64,000 nt of DNA from Gemmatimonadota bacterium (GTDB taxonomy: Bacteria; Gemmatimonadota; Gemmatimonadetes; Gemmatimonadales; GWC2-71-9), in NCBI GenBank assembly GCA_003221005.1, contig QHTZ01000066.1:806-64805 (forward strand). Reading direction: 5' to 3'. Position 1 is the stretch's first letter. Each line of letters begins with the position of its first letter. Shown here one piece after another: positions 38,325 to 47,383 of this stretch. The notes under the pieces are model-generated. The model saw nothing but the letters and a program-made list of their open reading frames with translations, made no database searches and had not been told where the DNA came from. A program made the position numbers and the translations under genes.

Positions 38325-39980
38325 CTACTCCAGCAGCTCGAGGTCGAGCGCGTCCACGGCGGCGTTGAGACTGGCATCGCTGGCGCGCAATTGCGTGAGC
38401 CGCTCAGCCCGCGCCGCGTCCTCGGTGAGCCGGACGGGGCGCGGCCGGGGCGCCGCGCCGCTCGCCGGACCGGCGAACGCGACGCGCGCCGGCACCGTTA
38501 AATATCGTCCGACCAGCTGCACCAGCGCGTCGCGCTGGCGCTCGATGCCTTGCGCGTGGACAGCGTTGTCCTCAAGCAACCGGATGGTGACGGTTGTCCC
38601 CTCGACCGCTGCCACTTCGGTCGCCGCGAGGAGCGCGCCGAGCAGCTGACTCTGCGCGCGCGCGTCGGCGACCACGCGAGGCCACAGGGCGCGGAGGCGA
38701 TCGAGCGTCAACGAACCCTGTTCGGGGACGGGGGACGTGGGACGGGGGACGGGTGGGGTCCCCGGACTGGGCGCCGCATCGCGCAACTGGACGGGGGCAG
38801 CCGCGGTGCGACCAGCACCACTCGTCCCCCGTCCCCCCTCCCCCGTCCCACCGCCCAATGCTCTTATGACCTCTTCCAGCTCGACCGTGCGACTCATCAT
38901 CGCCCAGCGGAGCAGCAGCACTTCGACGGCGAGGCGCATGTTGCCGCTCGCGCGCAGCGGCACCTCCGTTTCGCTCAACACCGTGAGCATCCGGACGACG
39001 TCCGGCGGCGGGAGAGCGGGGGCGTAGCGCCGCACAAGGCCCTGCAGGCCTTCCGTCAGGCCCTCGGGCTCGCCGCCCATCCCCACGACCAGCACGGCCC
39101 GGAGGGTCTCGCCGGCGCCACTCACGAATTCGCCCAGGTCGGCCCCCGCCTCCGTCAACCGGTCCACCAGCGCGAACACGGCCGGCGCATCCCGCTCGGC
39201 CACGAGGCGCAGCATCTCCCCGTAGAGCTCGTCGGGGATCAGCCCCAGCACCTCGCGCACGCGCGCGACGGTCACGGGGCCTTCGCCGAACGAGAGCACC
39301 TGGTCGAGGAGCGAGAGCCCGTCGCGCATGCCCCCGTCCGCGCTCTTCGCGATGAGGTGGAGCGCGTCCTCGTCTGCGGCCAGACCCTCGGCTGCGAGCA
39401 CGTGCTTCAGGCGCTCGACGATGGCGTGCGGGCCGATGCGGCGGAAGTCGAAGCGCTGCAGCCGTGACAGGATCGGGGCCGCGCTCTGCGCGATCTTCTG
39501 CGGCTCGGTCGTCGCAAACACGAACACCACCCGCGACGGCGGCTCCTCCAGGATCTTGAGGAGCGCGTTCCACGCCTCGCGCGTGAGCATGTGCGCCTCG
39601 TCCACGATGTAGACCTTGAAGCCCGCCTCGGTGCTCGCAGCGTACATGGCGCGCTCCCGCAGGTCGCGGGCGTCGTCCACGCCGCGGTTGGACGCCGCAT
39701 CGAGCTCCACGACGTCGAGGTTGACCGCCCCACCCCAGATCCGTCTGCACGAGTCGCACTCCCCACACGGCTCGCCCGCCGCCGAGCGACGCTCGCAATT
39801 GAGTGCCATCGCGAGGATGCGCGCGGCCGTGGTCTTGCCCACGCCGCGGGGGCCGGCGAACAGGTACCCGTGCGCCACCCGGTTCTGGGCGACGGCGCCA
39901 CGCAGCGCGGCGGCGACGTGGTCCTGGACGATGAGGTCAGCGAACTGCTTGGGGCGGTACTTCCTCGCGAGCGCGATCAT
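38325..39980 (-). CDS. dnaX: DNA polymerase III subunit tau/gamma
   Basis: ATG 39980 (MIALARKYRPKQF). Walker A GPRGVGKTT, zinc module CGECDSC, Walker B VYIVDEAHML, SRLQRF sensor. The linker after domain III contains a complete heptad element. Confidence 0.9.
   Translation of the reverse strand: MIALARKYRPKQFADLIVQDHVAAALRGAVAQNRVAHGYLFAGPRGVGKTTAARILAMALNCERRSAAGEPCGECDSCRRIWGGAVNLDVVELDAASNRGVDDARDLRERAMYAASTEAGFKVYIVDEAHMLTREAWNALLKILEEPPSRVVFVFATTEPQKIAQSAAPILSRLQRFDFRRIGPHAIVERLKHVLAAEGLAADEDALHLIAKSADGGMRDGLSLLDQVLSFGEGPVTVARVREVLGLIPDELYGEMLRLVAERDAPAVFALVDRLTEAGADLGEFVSGAGETLRAVLVVGMGGEPEGLTEGLQGLVRRYAPALPPPDVVRMLTVLSETEVPLRASGNMRLAVEVLLLRWAMMSRTVELEEVIRALGGGTGEGGRGTSGAGRTAAAPVQLRDAAPSPGTPPVPRPTSPVPEQGSLTLDRLRALWPRVVADARAQSQLLGALLAATEVAAVEGTTVTIRLLEDNAVHAQGIERQRDALVQLVGRYLTVPARVAFAGPASGAAPRPRPVRLTEDAARAERLTQLRASDASLNAAVDALDLELLE
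38724..38856. repeat. complete inverted heptad element (element f) inside the dnaX coding sequence
   Basis: G-arm 38724-38758: GGGGACGGGGGACGTGGGACGGGGGACGGGTGGGG. C-arm 38823-38856: CGTCCCCCGTCCCCCCTCCCCCGTCCCACCGCCC. The spacer is 64 nt. Translated in frame as GGGTGEGGRGTS...PPVPRPTSPVP. Confidence 0.85.
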
Positions 39981-40008
39981 CTCCAGGAATTTAACGCGGG
40001 CGCGCCCC

Positions 40009-41556
40009 CTACGGGCGCGGGCACTGCGACTGCCGGAATTGCCGCTCCGCGGCGTCGACGGACGCTCGCTGCGCCCGTTCACGGGACACGCGACCAGCGT
40101 CCAGTGCGCCGCGCACGGCGGCGCGCTGCACGCCGTAGGCCACGAGCCGGCGCTCGACGGCGATGATGCCGCGCCCCAGGCTGGGGCAGTCGAGCTGGCG
40201 CTTGTCGTAGAGCCGTGCCCGGTCGTCGTAGTTGCGCACGGCCTGTGCGAGCGAGTCGGCGAGTGCGTCGAGCCGCGCGAGCGCGGGACTCGCGGGCACG
40301 GTGGTGGCGTGTGGAAGCTGCAGCGTTTGCCGGGCGCGCGACGCCAGCTCTTCGCCGCGGCGCAGCAACTGCGGAGGTAGCCCGAACCGCCAATAGTACA
40401 GGGCTCCCCCGACTCCGCCCAGCACGACGAGCCCGAGGACGGCGACCCGGCCCCAGCGGCGCCGCTTGCGTCGCGGGATCGCGGCCGGGGCGGTGCGGCG
40501 TGAGGTGGGCGTCGGCGCGGCCGGCTGGCGCCAGGCCGCGGCCTGCTGGCGCCGCGGCAGCGGGGGCAGGGGCGGGGGCGCGGGCGGGGCGGGCGGGGCC
40601 GGCGGGGGCGGGGGCGGGGGCGGCCACTGTGAAGGCGCAGGCGTGTGACGGCTCAGCATGTCGTCCGCAGCGCTCAGAAACCGCAGCTCGTTCCGGTCGT
40701 CAGGCTCTTCCTCGCGCTCCTCTGGTTCCTCCTCGCGCTCCTCTGGTTCCTCCTCCCGCTCCTCTGGTTCCTCCTCCCGCTCCTCTGGTTCCTCATCGCG
40801 CTCTTCGGGCTCCTCATCGCGCTCTTCGGGCGCCGCGACCGGAGGGGGAGGCGCTGGACGCCGCGGGGGCGGCGGGATAGCGTCCTGGCGCGGCACGCTC
40901 ATGACTCGCGTTGTCCGGTCGGACACGGCGTTGAATGCCCGGTAATTCTTCCACACGACGTAGGAACGCTTCTTCCCGCCTTCGCCCAGCGACTCGTCTT
41001 TCAGCACCTCGTAGAACGGCAGGCACGTCGCCGCCCAGCTCTCGTCCCCTCCCGACCGGTAGAATCCGGCCGCGGGCTCTCCCTCCGCGGTTCCGATGAC
41101 CACGGCCACCTGCCAGGGCTCCGTGAAGTAGCGTTCGTGCGTCTCCACGTCGTAGGAGGAGAGCTCGATGCCGAGGTCCTGGTGCGTGTGGTACCACCCC
41201 AGCAGGCGGCGGCCGGCCTTCTTCACCTCGGCGCGGACCCGATCCCACAACGCCTTGACGACGATCGTGGTGCGGTCACCCTGCACAGGTTGTGTGACCC
41301 GGATCAACGAGCCCACGAGGATGTAGCGGGTCGCGGTGTCGGGGGTCTGGCACAGGTCGCCGACCAGGAAACCGAGCAGACTCTTCTCGGGCGCCGAGCC
41401 GGCGTGCTCGCGCAGGGCGGCCACCGCCGCCTGCGCGACAAAGATGGAATCGGGGATCAGTCCGGTGCCGCCGCCCCCGCCTTCGACTCCAGGCTTCCAG
41501 AGGATGGAGCGATCCAGCGGGAGCGGCTGGTGGAGGAGATCCGGCCCCTCGAGCAT
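40009..41556 (-). CDS. membrane-anchored JAMM/MPN-domain protein with acidic heptad repeats and a proline-rich linker
   Basis: 515 aa. N-terminal MPN domain with an intact JAMM motif (E..., GWYHTHQDLGIELSSYD = HxHx7SxxD). Then 6 x PEER(D/E)EE, a poly-Pro run, one TM helix (VAVLGLVVLGGVGGALYYW) and a C-terminal helical domain. Confidence 0.6.
   Translation of the reverse strand: MLEGPDLLHQPLPLDRSILWKPGVEGGGGGTGLIPDSIFVAQAAVAALREHAGSAPEKSLLGFLVGDLCQTPDTATRYILVGSLIRVTQPVQGDRTTIVVKALWDRVRAEVKKAGRRLLGWYHTHQDLGIELSSYDVETHERYFTEPWQVAVVIGTAEGEPAAGFYRSGGDESWAATCLPFYEVLKDESLGEGGKKRSYVVWKNYRAFNAVSDRTTRVMSVPRQDAIPPPPRRPAPPPPVAAPEERDEEPEERDEEPEEREEEPEEREEEPEEREEEPEEREEEPDDRNELRFLSAADDMLSRHTPAPSQWPPPPPPPPAPPAPPAPPPLPPLPRRQQAAAWRQPAAPTPTSRRTAPAAIPRRKRRRWGRVAVLGLVVLGGVGGALYYWRFGLPPQLLRRGEELASRARQTLQLPHATTVPASPALARLDALADSLAQAVRNYDDRARLYDKRQLDCPSLGRGIIAVERRLVAYGVQRAAVRGALDAGRVSRERAQRASVDAAERQFRQSQCPRP
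40705..40830. repeat. 6 x 21-bp tandem repeat (encodes PEER[D/E]EE)
   Basis: Six consecutive 21-nt units, TTCCTCCTC(G/C)CGCTCCTCTGG and variants. Units occur as near-identical adjacent pairs. Confidence 0.9.
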
Positions 41557-41600
41557 GCCCCAAAATAGGAAACAGGCCTGCTTGGCGCTCTAGCGCGAGG

Positions 41601-42626
41601 TCACGCCAGCACGCCCGCCACGATGCGAGCCGCCCGCTCGATGTCCGCTCGGCCGACGTCGAGGTGTGTCACCGCCCGCAGCCGCCGGACACCGAAGGGG
41701 ACGAGGAGCAGGCCCTGCTGGGCGAGCTTGGGGACCACGACGTCGGCCGGGTCGCGCTCCCGGAGCAGATCCAGCATCACGATGTTCGACTCGGGTGGCA
41801 CGGCGCGCACCCCGGCGCAGTCGGCCAAACGCTCGGCCAGGAGCCGGGCGTTGGCATGATCCTCGGGCAGCCGCGGGAGGACGTGATCCAGCGCCCAGAG
41901 GGCCGCGGCGGCGAGGATACCCGACTGCCGCATGCCGCCCCCGAGCCGCTTGCGGATCTCCCAGGCCCGCGCACGGTCGGCGGCGCGAAACCCGAGGCAC
42001 GAGCCGACGGGGCAGCCGAGCCCCTTGGAAAACGAAACCATCACGGTCGCCGCGCCTGCGGCCAGGCGGGACAGCGGGGCGCCCAGCGCGGCGGCGGCGT
42101 TCCAGAGGCGCGCGCCGTCCAAGTGCACAGGCAGCCCCGCGGCGCGAGCGGCGGCGACGATGCCCGTCATCACGTCCGGTGCCATGAGCTTGCCGCCCGC
42201 CGCATTGTGAGTGTTCTCGACCGCCACGGCAGCCGCCCGGGGGACGTGCGGCGACGGCGGCCGCAGCGCGCCGCGCACCAGGGCGCCGGTGAGGACGCCG
42301 TCGCTCGTGGCGATCGGCCGAATCTGCACTCCCCAGTTGGCGGCGACGCCCGCGAGCTCGTAGTGCACCAAGTGCGCGTCCGCTTCGACCAGCAGCTCGG
42401 TGCCGGGGCGCGCCAGCAGCGCGACGCCGGTCTGGTTGGCCTGGGTCCCCGACGGGAAGAACAGCGCGTCCTCCGTCCCGAGCATCTCGGCGACGCGCGC
42501 TTCGAGGCGCCGGGTCGTCGGGTCGCCGTCCAGGACGTCGTCTCCCACGTCGGCCTCCGCCATCGCACGGCGCATCCCGGGCGAAGGCCGGGTGACCGTG
42601 TCCGAGCGCAGGTCGATCGGGGTCAC
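41601..42626 (-). CDS. ltaE: low-specificity L-threonine aldolase
   Basis: GTG 42626 overlaps the upstream stop. IDLRSDTVTRP, FFPSGTQANQ and PLP-lysine context VSFSKGLG. Confidence 0.85.
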   Translation of the reverse strand: MTPIDLRSDTVTRPSPGMRRAMAEADVGDDVLDGDPTTRRLEARVAEMLGTEDALFFPSGTQANQTGVALLARPGTELLVEADAHLVHYELAGVAANWGVQIRPIATSDGVLTGALVRGALRPPSPHVPRAAAVAVENTHNAAGGKLMAPDVMTGIVAAARAAGLPVHLDGARLWNAAAALGAPLSRLAAGAATVMVSFSKGLGCPVGSCLGFRAADRARAWEIRKRLGGGMRQSGILAAAALWALDHVLPRLPEDHANARLLAERLADCAGVRAVPPESNIVMLDLLRERDPADVVVPKLAQQGLLLVPFGVRRLRAVTHLDVGRADIERAARIVAGVLA

Positions 42627-43513
42627 CCGAGACGGACGCCTTGCGCCCGGCGCATGCGGATCAGGTCGAACGTCTCCGCGACCTCGCCGCCGAGCAGGAA
42701 GAGATACGCGGTGTAGTAGACCCAGAGCAGGCACAGAAACAGCGCCACGATGTTCGCATCCGACGCCAGGCGATCGAATGTGACGAACTGCGCCACATAC
42801 AGCGCGTACAGCCGCCGCGCGACTTCGAACCCCAGCGAGCAGAAGACCGACGCAACGAGCGCGGTGCGCCAATTGATGCGGCGACTCGGTAGCAGCTTGA
42901 AAACGACGAAGAACATCCCGACGCCGAGCGAGAAGGCCACGGTCTCCACGCTCAGGCGCCACAGCCAGAACACGAGGAAGCTGCCGCTCACGACCGGCGC
43001 GTTGCGGACCTGATACGCCGACAGCACGCCGTTGGCAACCAGGAACACTCCCGTCACGCACACCATGAGCAGGTCGAGCAGCTTGGCCGCGGGCCACGCC
43101 CGGCGCTCGTCGGTGTCGAACACTTCGTTCAGCGCGGCGCGCAGGCCGCCGAATAGCCGCGTGGAGAACCACAGGAACAACGGCAGGCCGAACAGCGTGA
43201 GCCGCCCGCGCAGCCGCAGCACGCCCCCCAACGCGCGCTCCACCGCCTGGAACGCCCCAGCGGCGTTCGAGCCGGAGACGCTCGGCAAGAGCTGGGCGAG
43301 CAGCTCGTGCAGGCTGATCTGATGTGACGTGATCTGGTGCTGCACGAGATAACCGACGACGGCGAGGAGGAGGACGATGAAGGGGATGGTCGTGAGCAGC
43401 AGGTCGAACGACAGCGCGCTCGCGAGAAACGGAATGTTGTCCTCGAAGGCTGCTTCGATGGTGCGGCGCGCGATGCCGGGGATCGAGCCATGCCACCCGC
43501 TCTCGCGGTTCAC
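42623..43513 (-). CDS. YihY/BrkB-family inner-membrane protein
   Basis: 296 aa, six hydrophobic helices. N-terminal ASALSFDLLLTTIPF and C-terminal YYTAYLFLLGGE motifs. Confidence 0.8.
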   Translation of the reverse strand: MNRESGWHGSIPGIARRTIEAAFEDNIPFLASALSFDLLLTTIPFIVLLLAVVGYLVQHQITSHQISLHELLAQLLPSVSGSNAAGAFQAVERALGGVLRLRGRLTLFGLPLFLWFSTRLFGGLRAALNEVFDTDERRAWPAAKLLDLLMVCVTGVFLVANGVLSAYQVRNAPVVSGSFLVFWLWRLSVETVAFSLGVGMFFVVFKLLPSRRINWRTALVASVFCSLGFEVARRLYALYVAQFVTFDRLASDANIVALFLCLLWVYYTAYLFLLGGEVAETFDLIRMRRAQGVRLG

Positions 43514-43785
43514 TCGACTGGCTCGTCTCCCTCCTCCGGTGTGGCCCGCGGCCGCCGCCGGCCACGCGTGAGACGCCGCGCCCCCCCGCCCACGACGGCC
43601 GCGTCGCCCACCAGCTCTCCCAACTCCTCGGCCTTCTCCCCCGCCAGATCCCGCAGGGTCTTCAGCCGGCGGCCCAGCTTGCCCCGGAAGTCCTCACCGG
43701 GCTCCGGGGCGAAGAAGAGACCCAGCACCACCCCTGTCGCCACGCCCAGCACGAACGACCCGAACCCGGATTCGCGCTCGCTCAC
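43510..43785 (-). CDS. YtxH-domain protein
   Basis: 91 aa. FVLGVATGVVLGLFFAPEPGEDFR followed by a helical segment. Confidence 0.7.
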   Translation of the reverse strand: MSERESGFGSFVLGVATGVVLGLFFAPEPGEDFRGKLGRRLKTLRDLAGEKAEELGELVGDAAVVGGGARRLTRGRRRPRATPEEGDEPVE

Positions 43786-45158
43786 TCCCCCGCCTCGATG
43801 TCATCTGGGGCTGCCACGGCCACGGGACGCGGTGCGGCGTGCGACGCGAGCGGCGGCTGCACGTACCGGTCGACGACGGCGCGCGTCCCGGCGACCCGCA
43901 GCTTGTCGAACAGGAACGCGAACGTCTTCTCGAGGTCGGCGCCCATGGCGGCACGTGCCTCTTCCGGCAGCTCCCACATGCGTTGCTTGAACGGGCCGAT
44001 GGCCTTCTTCCGGCTCTTATAGAAGAACTGCTCCTCGGTGTCGCCCTTCTTCCACTCCTCCTTGCACTCCTGCTTCACCCACTCGATGATCTCGCGCCGT
44101 AGCTCCTTGGGGAGCTTCGGATGGTCGAAGATCATGCTCTGGTAGTTGGTCGCCAGATGGATCTCCACCGCCTGGCAGGCAGGGAAATGTCCAAACGCAT
44201 CGGGCGGCAGAGTCGACGCGCCGTGCTGCACCGCCCCGCCGAGGCCGTACTTGACGCGCGCGTCGTGCGACAACGCCTGCAACGCCTCGAGATCGATCTG
44301 CACCCGCGCGATCGAGCCGTCGGGGAGCACGACCCCGCCGTGGCTGGTGCCCGTCTGCACGGAGATCTTGCTGATACCGGTGTACGGTCCCAGGCGCTTG
44401 AGCGTACGCTGGTAGCCCTCCATGAACGCCTTCAGCTCGTGCACGTCGCTGTTCTTGCCGCCCACTTCCCCGATCTCCGCCCCGACGGACACCGTCACGC
44501 CCTCGGGCTCGTGCTCGCGAATGTACTGGGTCAGCTCGGCCGCGCGCTCGTAATTCTCACGCTGCTGCTCGTCGAGCGTCGGCTGGGACAGGTCCACCAA
44601 CGTGGACGTGTCCACGTCGATGTTGTACAGGCCGGCGTGCAGCTCCTCGTCGACGAGGGCCCGGATGGCGGCGAGCTCCGCCTCGCGGTCGGTGGCGTAC
44701 TTCTTGGCGTTGACCTGGACGTGGTCGCCCTGGATGAAGAGCGGCCCGACATACCCCTCCCGCAGGGCCGCCGCGATCATGACGATCACGTACTCCGCGG
44801 GGCGCTGCCCGGTGTAGGCGATCTCGCTGCGGGCGATCTCGGTGATCACCGCCCCGACGTCGAGCCGGCGCGCCGCCCGGTACACCGCCCGCGCCGTGTC
44901 GTACGCGAGCACGCGGATGTTGATGGCGGGCGTCGTGAATACGGGGATCTCACCCCGGCCCTGCGCCAAATAGAGCTCGTGAATCGACGCCGGGCGCACG
45001 CCCGCGTGCTGCCCGATCTCCCAGATCAGCCAGCGCGCCTCATCGCGCTCCGCGGGAGAGCCGAACACCGCCTGCCGCAAGAGCCTATCCATCGCCGGGC
45101 TCTGGCGCTTGGCGGGGTTGTCGAAGCGGCGCAGCGTCTGCTCGAGCACACCGGGCAT
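43782..45158 (-). CDS. class II ketose-bisphosphate aldolase family protein
   Basis: ATG 45158 preceded by AAGGAG. LFIQGDHVQV, GAEIGEVGG, QTGTSHGG and VQHGAST metal/substrate motifs of class II aldolases. Confidence 0.75.
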   Translation of the reverse strand: MPGVLEQTLRRFDNPAKRQSPAMDRLLRQAVFGSPAERDEARWLIWEIGQHAGVRPASIHELYLAQGRGEIPVFTTPAINIRVLAYDTARAVYRAARRLDVGAVITEIARSEIAYTGQRPAEYVIVMIAAALREGYVGPLFIQGDHVQVNAKKYATDREAELAAIRALVDEELHAGLYNIDVDTSTLVDLSQPTLDEQQRENYERAAELTQYIREHEPEGVTVSVGAEIGEVGGKNSDVHELKAFMEGYQRTLKRLGPYTGISKISVQTGTSHGGVVLPDGSIARVQIDLEALQALSHDARVKYGLGGAVQHGASTLPPDAFGHFPACQAVEIHLATNYQSMIFDHPKLPKELRREIIEWVKQECKEEWKKGDTEEQFFYKSRKKAIGPFKQRMWELPEEARAAMGADLEKTFAFLFDKLRVAGTRAVVDRYVQPPLASHAAPRPVAVAAPDDIEAGE

Positions 45159-45198
45159 GAAGACTCCTTGGTCGTAATGAAGATGGATCGGGACGAAT

Positions 45199-45981
45199 CT
45201 AGACCGGGCCGACCTCGATGGCCAGTCCATCGTAGGCGGGGGCGATCCCCGCGGGAAGTCGCGCCGCGAGCTCGGCGTGCGGCGTCTCGTGGGTCAGGTG
45301 CGTGAGGTACGTGCGCTGTGCGCCGATCTGCTGCGCTGCCGATACAGCTTCGGGGATGGAGAGATGCAGCGGGTGCGGTCGCGACAGCAGCCCGTTCAGC
45401 ACCAGCACCGCGAGCCCGCCGAGCTGGGCCCGCGCGTCCTCCGGGATCGCCTTGGCGTCCGTCAGGTAGGCGATCGGGCCCACGCGGTACCCGAAGACGC
45501 TGTCCGACCCGTGCGGCAGCCGCAGCGGGCGCACCGGCATCCCGGCGATTTCCGTGTCGCGGTCTGGCTCGAGCGCATGGGCGTGCAGCTCCGGTTTGGT
45601 CGTGCCGGGCGCCGCCGCCACGTCCGGATCGAAGATGTACGCGAACCGCCGGCTCATCTCGGCCAGCGTGTCACCCGGCCCATAGACGGGGAGCCCGCCC
45701 GCGTGCTTCACGGAGATGGCGCGCAGGTCGTCGATCCCGTGAACGTGGTCGGCGTGCCCGTGGGTGAACAGCACGGCGTCTACACTCGCGAGGGCTGCGG
45801 CGACGAGCTGGAGGCGCAGCTCGGGAGCCGTGTCGATCAGGAGGCGGCGGCCGTCCGATTCGATCACGGCCGAGGTCCGGGTGCGTTTGTCGCGGGCGTC
45901 GGTCGAGCTGCAGGTGCGGCAGGTGCATCCCACTTGCGGCACCCCAAACGAAGTGCCGGTGCCGAGAAAGATCAGGCGCAC
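45199..45981 (-). CDS. MBL-fold metallo-hydrolase (PhnP-like)
   Basis: 260 aa. LGTGTSFGVPQ, Cys-rich CTCRTC insert and HGHADH motif. Confidence 0.75.
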   Translation of the reverse strand: MRLIFLGTGTSFGVPQVGCTCRTCSSTDARDKRTRTSAVIESDGRRLLIDTAPELRLQLVAAALASVDAVLFTHGHADHVHGIDDLRAISVKHAGGLPVYGPGDTLAEMSRRFAYIFDPDVAAAPGTTKPELHAHALEPDRDTEIAGMPVRPLRLPHGSDSVFGYRVGPIAYLTDAKAIPEDARAQLGGLAVLVLNGLLSRPHPLHLSIPEAVSAAQQIGAQRTYLTHLTHETPHAELAARLPAGIAPAYDGLAIEVGPV

Positions 45982-45982
45982 C

Positions 45983-47383
45983 TCATACCTCTTCGACCTT
46001 GAGCAGGTTTGTCGCCCCCGACACTTCCCAGGGCACCCCGGCGGTCATCACGATGCGGTCGCCGGGCTTCGCATAGCCGCGTTTCAGGATCAGGTCTCGC
46101 ACCACCGCGAGCATGGCGTCGTACCCCGGCACCTGGTCCACGCGCACGGGCGTGACTCCCCAAACGAGGGCAAGCTGGCGATAGGTCGTGACCTCCGTCG
46201 TGACGGCGAGGATGGGAACGGGGGGGCGGAGGGCGGCCACCTTCCGCGCCGTGAAACCGCCCTTGGTGAGGGTGACGATGAGAGGCGTCTTGAGCATGCG
46301 GGCCACGGCGCTCGTGCCCAAGGCGATCGCATCCTCCACCGACACGTCCTCGCCGGTGAGCGCGAGCCGTCGCTCAGCCCGGTCCGTGCTTTCCCGCTCC
46401 ATCTCCCGGATGATGCGATCCATGGCGCGCACCGCCTCGAGGGGATAGGCGCCCACGGCGGTCTCGGCGGAAAGCATGACGGCATCCGTGCCGTCGAGAA
46501 TGGCGTTCGCCACGTCGGAAGCTTCCGCGCGGGTCGGGCGGGGGTGGTGGACCATCGACTCGAGCATCTGCGTCGCCGTGATCACGGGCTTGCCGCGCTG
46601 ATTGGATTCGCGGATGAGCCGCTTCTGGACGATCGGCACCCGCTCGAACGGCAGCTCGACGCCGAGGTCGCCGCGGGCCACCATCACCGCGTCGCACGCC
46701 GCGAGGATGTGCGGCAGATCCTCGAGCGCCATCGCCTTCTCGATCTTGGCCACGAGCTTCATGGTCGGCGGCACGAGCCGCCGCAGCTCCGCCAGGTCGT
46801 CCGCCCGCCGCACGAACGAGAGCGCAAGGTAGTCGGCGCCCGAGTGCACGGCGTGCGCCACGTCGTCACGGTCCTTGTCGGTGAGCGGGGGCGCGCTGAC
46901 CTGCAACCCGGGGAGGTTCATCCCCTTGTGCGAGGTCAGCGTGCCCCCGTCCACCACCCTCCCCTCGACGCGCGGCACCACGATGCGCACCACTTGCACC
47001 GACAGGAGCCCATCGTCGAGCAGGATGCGCGCGCCCACCCGGGCGTCCTTCGCGAGATCGGCGTAGGTGGTGGGGATTTCGTCGTTCCGGGCCACCTCTT
47101 CGGGCGCGAAGACGACCGTCTGCCCCGGTGTGAGCTCACGGGGAGACGGCAGCTCCCCCACCCGAATCCGCGGGCCCTGCAGGTCCACCAGCACCGACAC
47201 CGGCTGCCCGGCTTGGTCCGCCGCGCACCGCACGCTCTCGATCCACCGGGCCCGCAGCTCCGGCGTGCCGTGCGACGCGTTAATGCGGATGACGTTGGCC
47301 CCCGCCTCGAGCAGGCTGGCGATGGCGGCGTCGGTCCCGGTAGCGGGGCCGATCGTGGCGACGATTTTGGTGCGGCGGATCAA
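45983..47383 (-). CDS. pyk: pyruvate kinase
   Basis: 466 aa. TTG start at 47383 preceded by GGGAGG. RTKIVATIGP, MVARGDLGVE and MLESM motifs. Confidence 0.9.
   Translation of the reverse strand: MIRRTKIVATIGPATGTDAAIASLLEAGANVIRINASHGTPELRARWIESVRCAADQAGQPVSVLVDLQGPRIRVGELPSPRELTPGQTVVFAPEEVARNDEIPTTYADLAKDARVGARILLDDGLLSVQVVRIVVPRVEGRVVDGGTLTSHKGMNLPGLQVSAPPLTDKDRDDVAHAVHSGADYLALSFVRRADDLAELRRLVPPTMKLVAKIEKAMALEDLPHILAACDAVMVARGDLGVELPFERVPIVQKRLIRESNQRGKPVITATQMLESMVHHPRPTRAEASDVANAILDGTDAVMLSAETAVGAYPLEAVRAMDRIIREMERESTDRAERRLALTGEDVSVEDAIALGTSAVARMLKTPLIVTLTKGGFTARKVAALRPPVPILAVTTEVTTYRQLALVWGVTPVRVDQVPGYDAMLAVVRDLILKRGYAKPGDRIVMTAGVPWEVSGATNLLKVEEV

Noticed and set aside
38700-38960. Programmed frameshift producing a gamma-like short DnaX at the in-CDS hairpin. 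A G GGG GGA string precedes the structure.
   Set aside because: All three minus-strand frames stay open across 38610-38957, so a shift would add 80-100 residues rather than terminate quickly. A run of G is not a known efficient slippery site. This is kept only as a remark under the dnaX finding.
40555-40630. Long G-rich tract on the plus strand as another member of the heptad-repeat family.
   Set aside because: It is the complement of proline codons (CCN runs) in the JAMM protein linker. It lacks the 7-nt periodicity and the conserved GGGGACG/GGGAAAC units.
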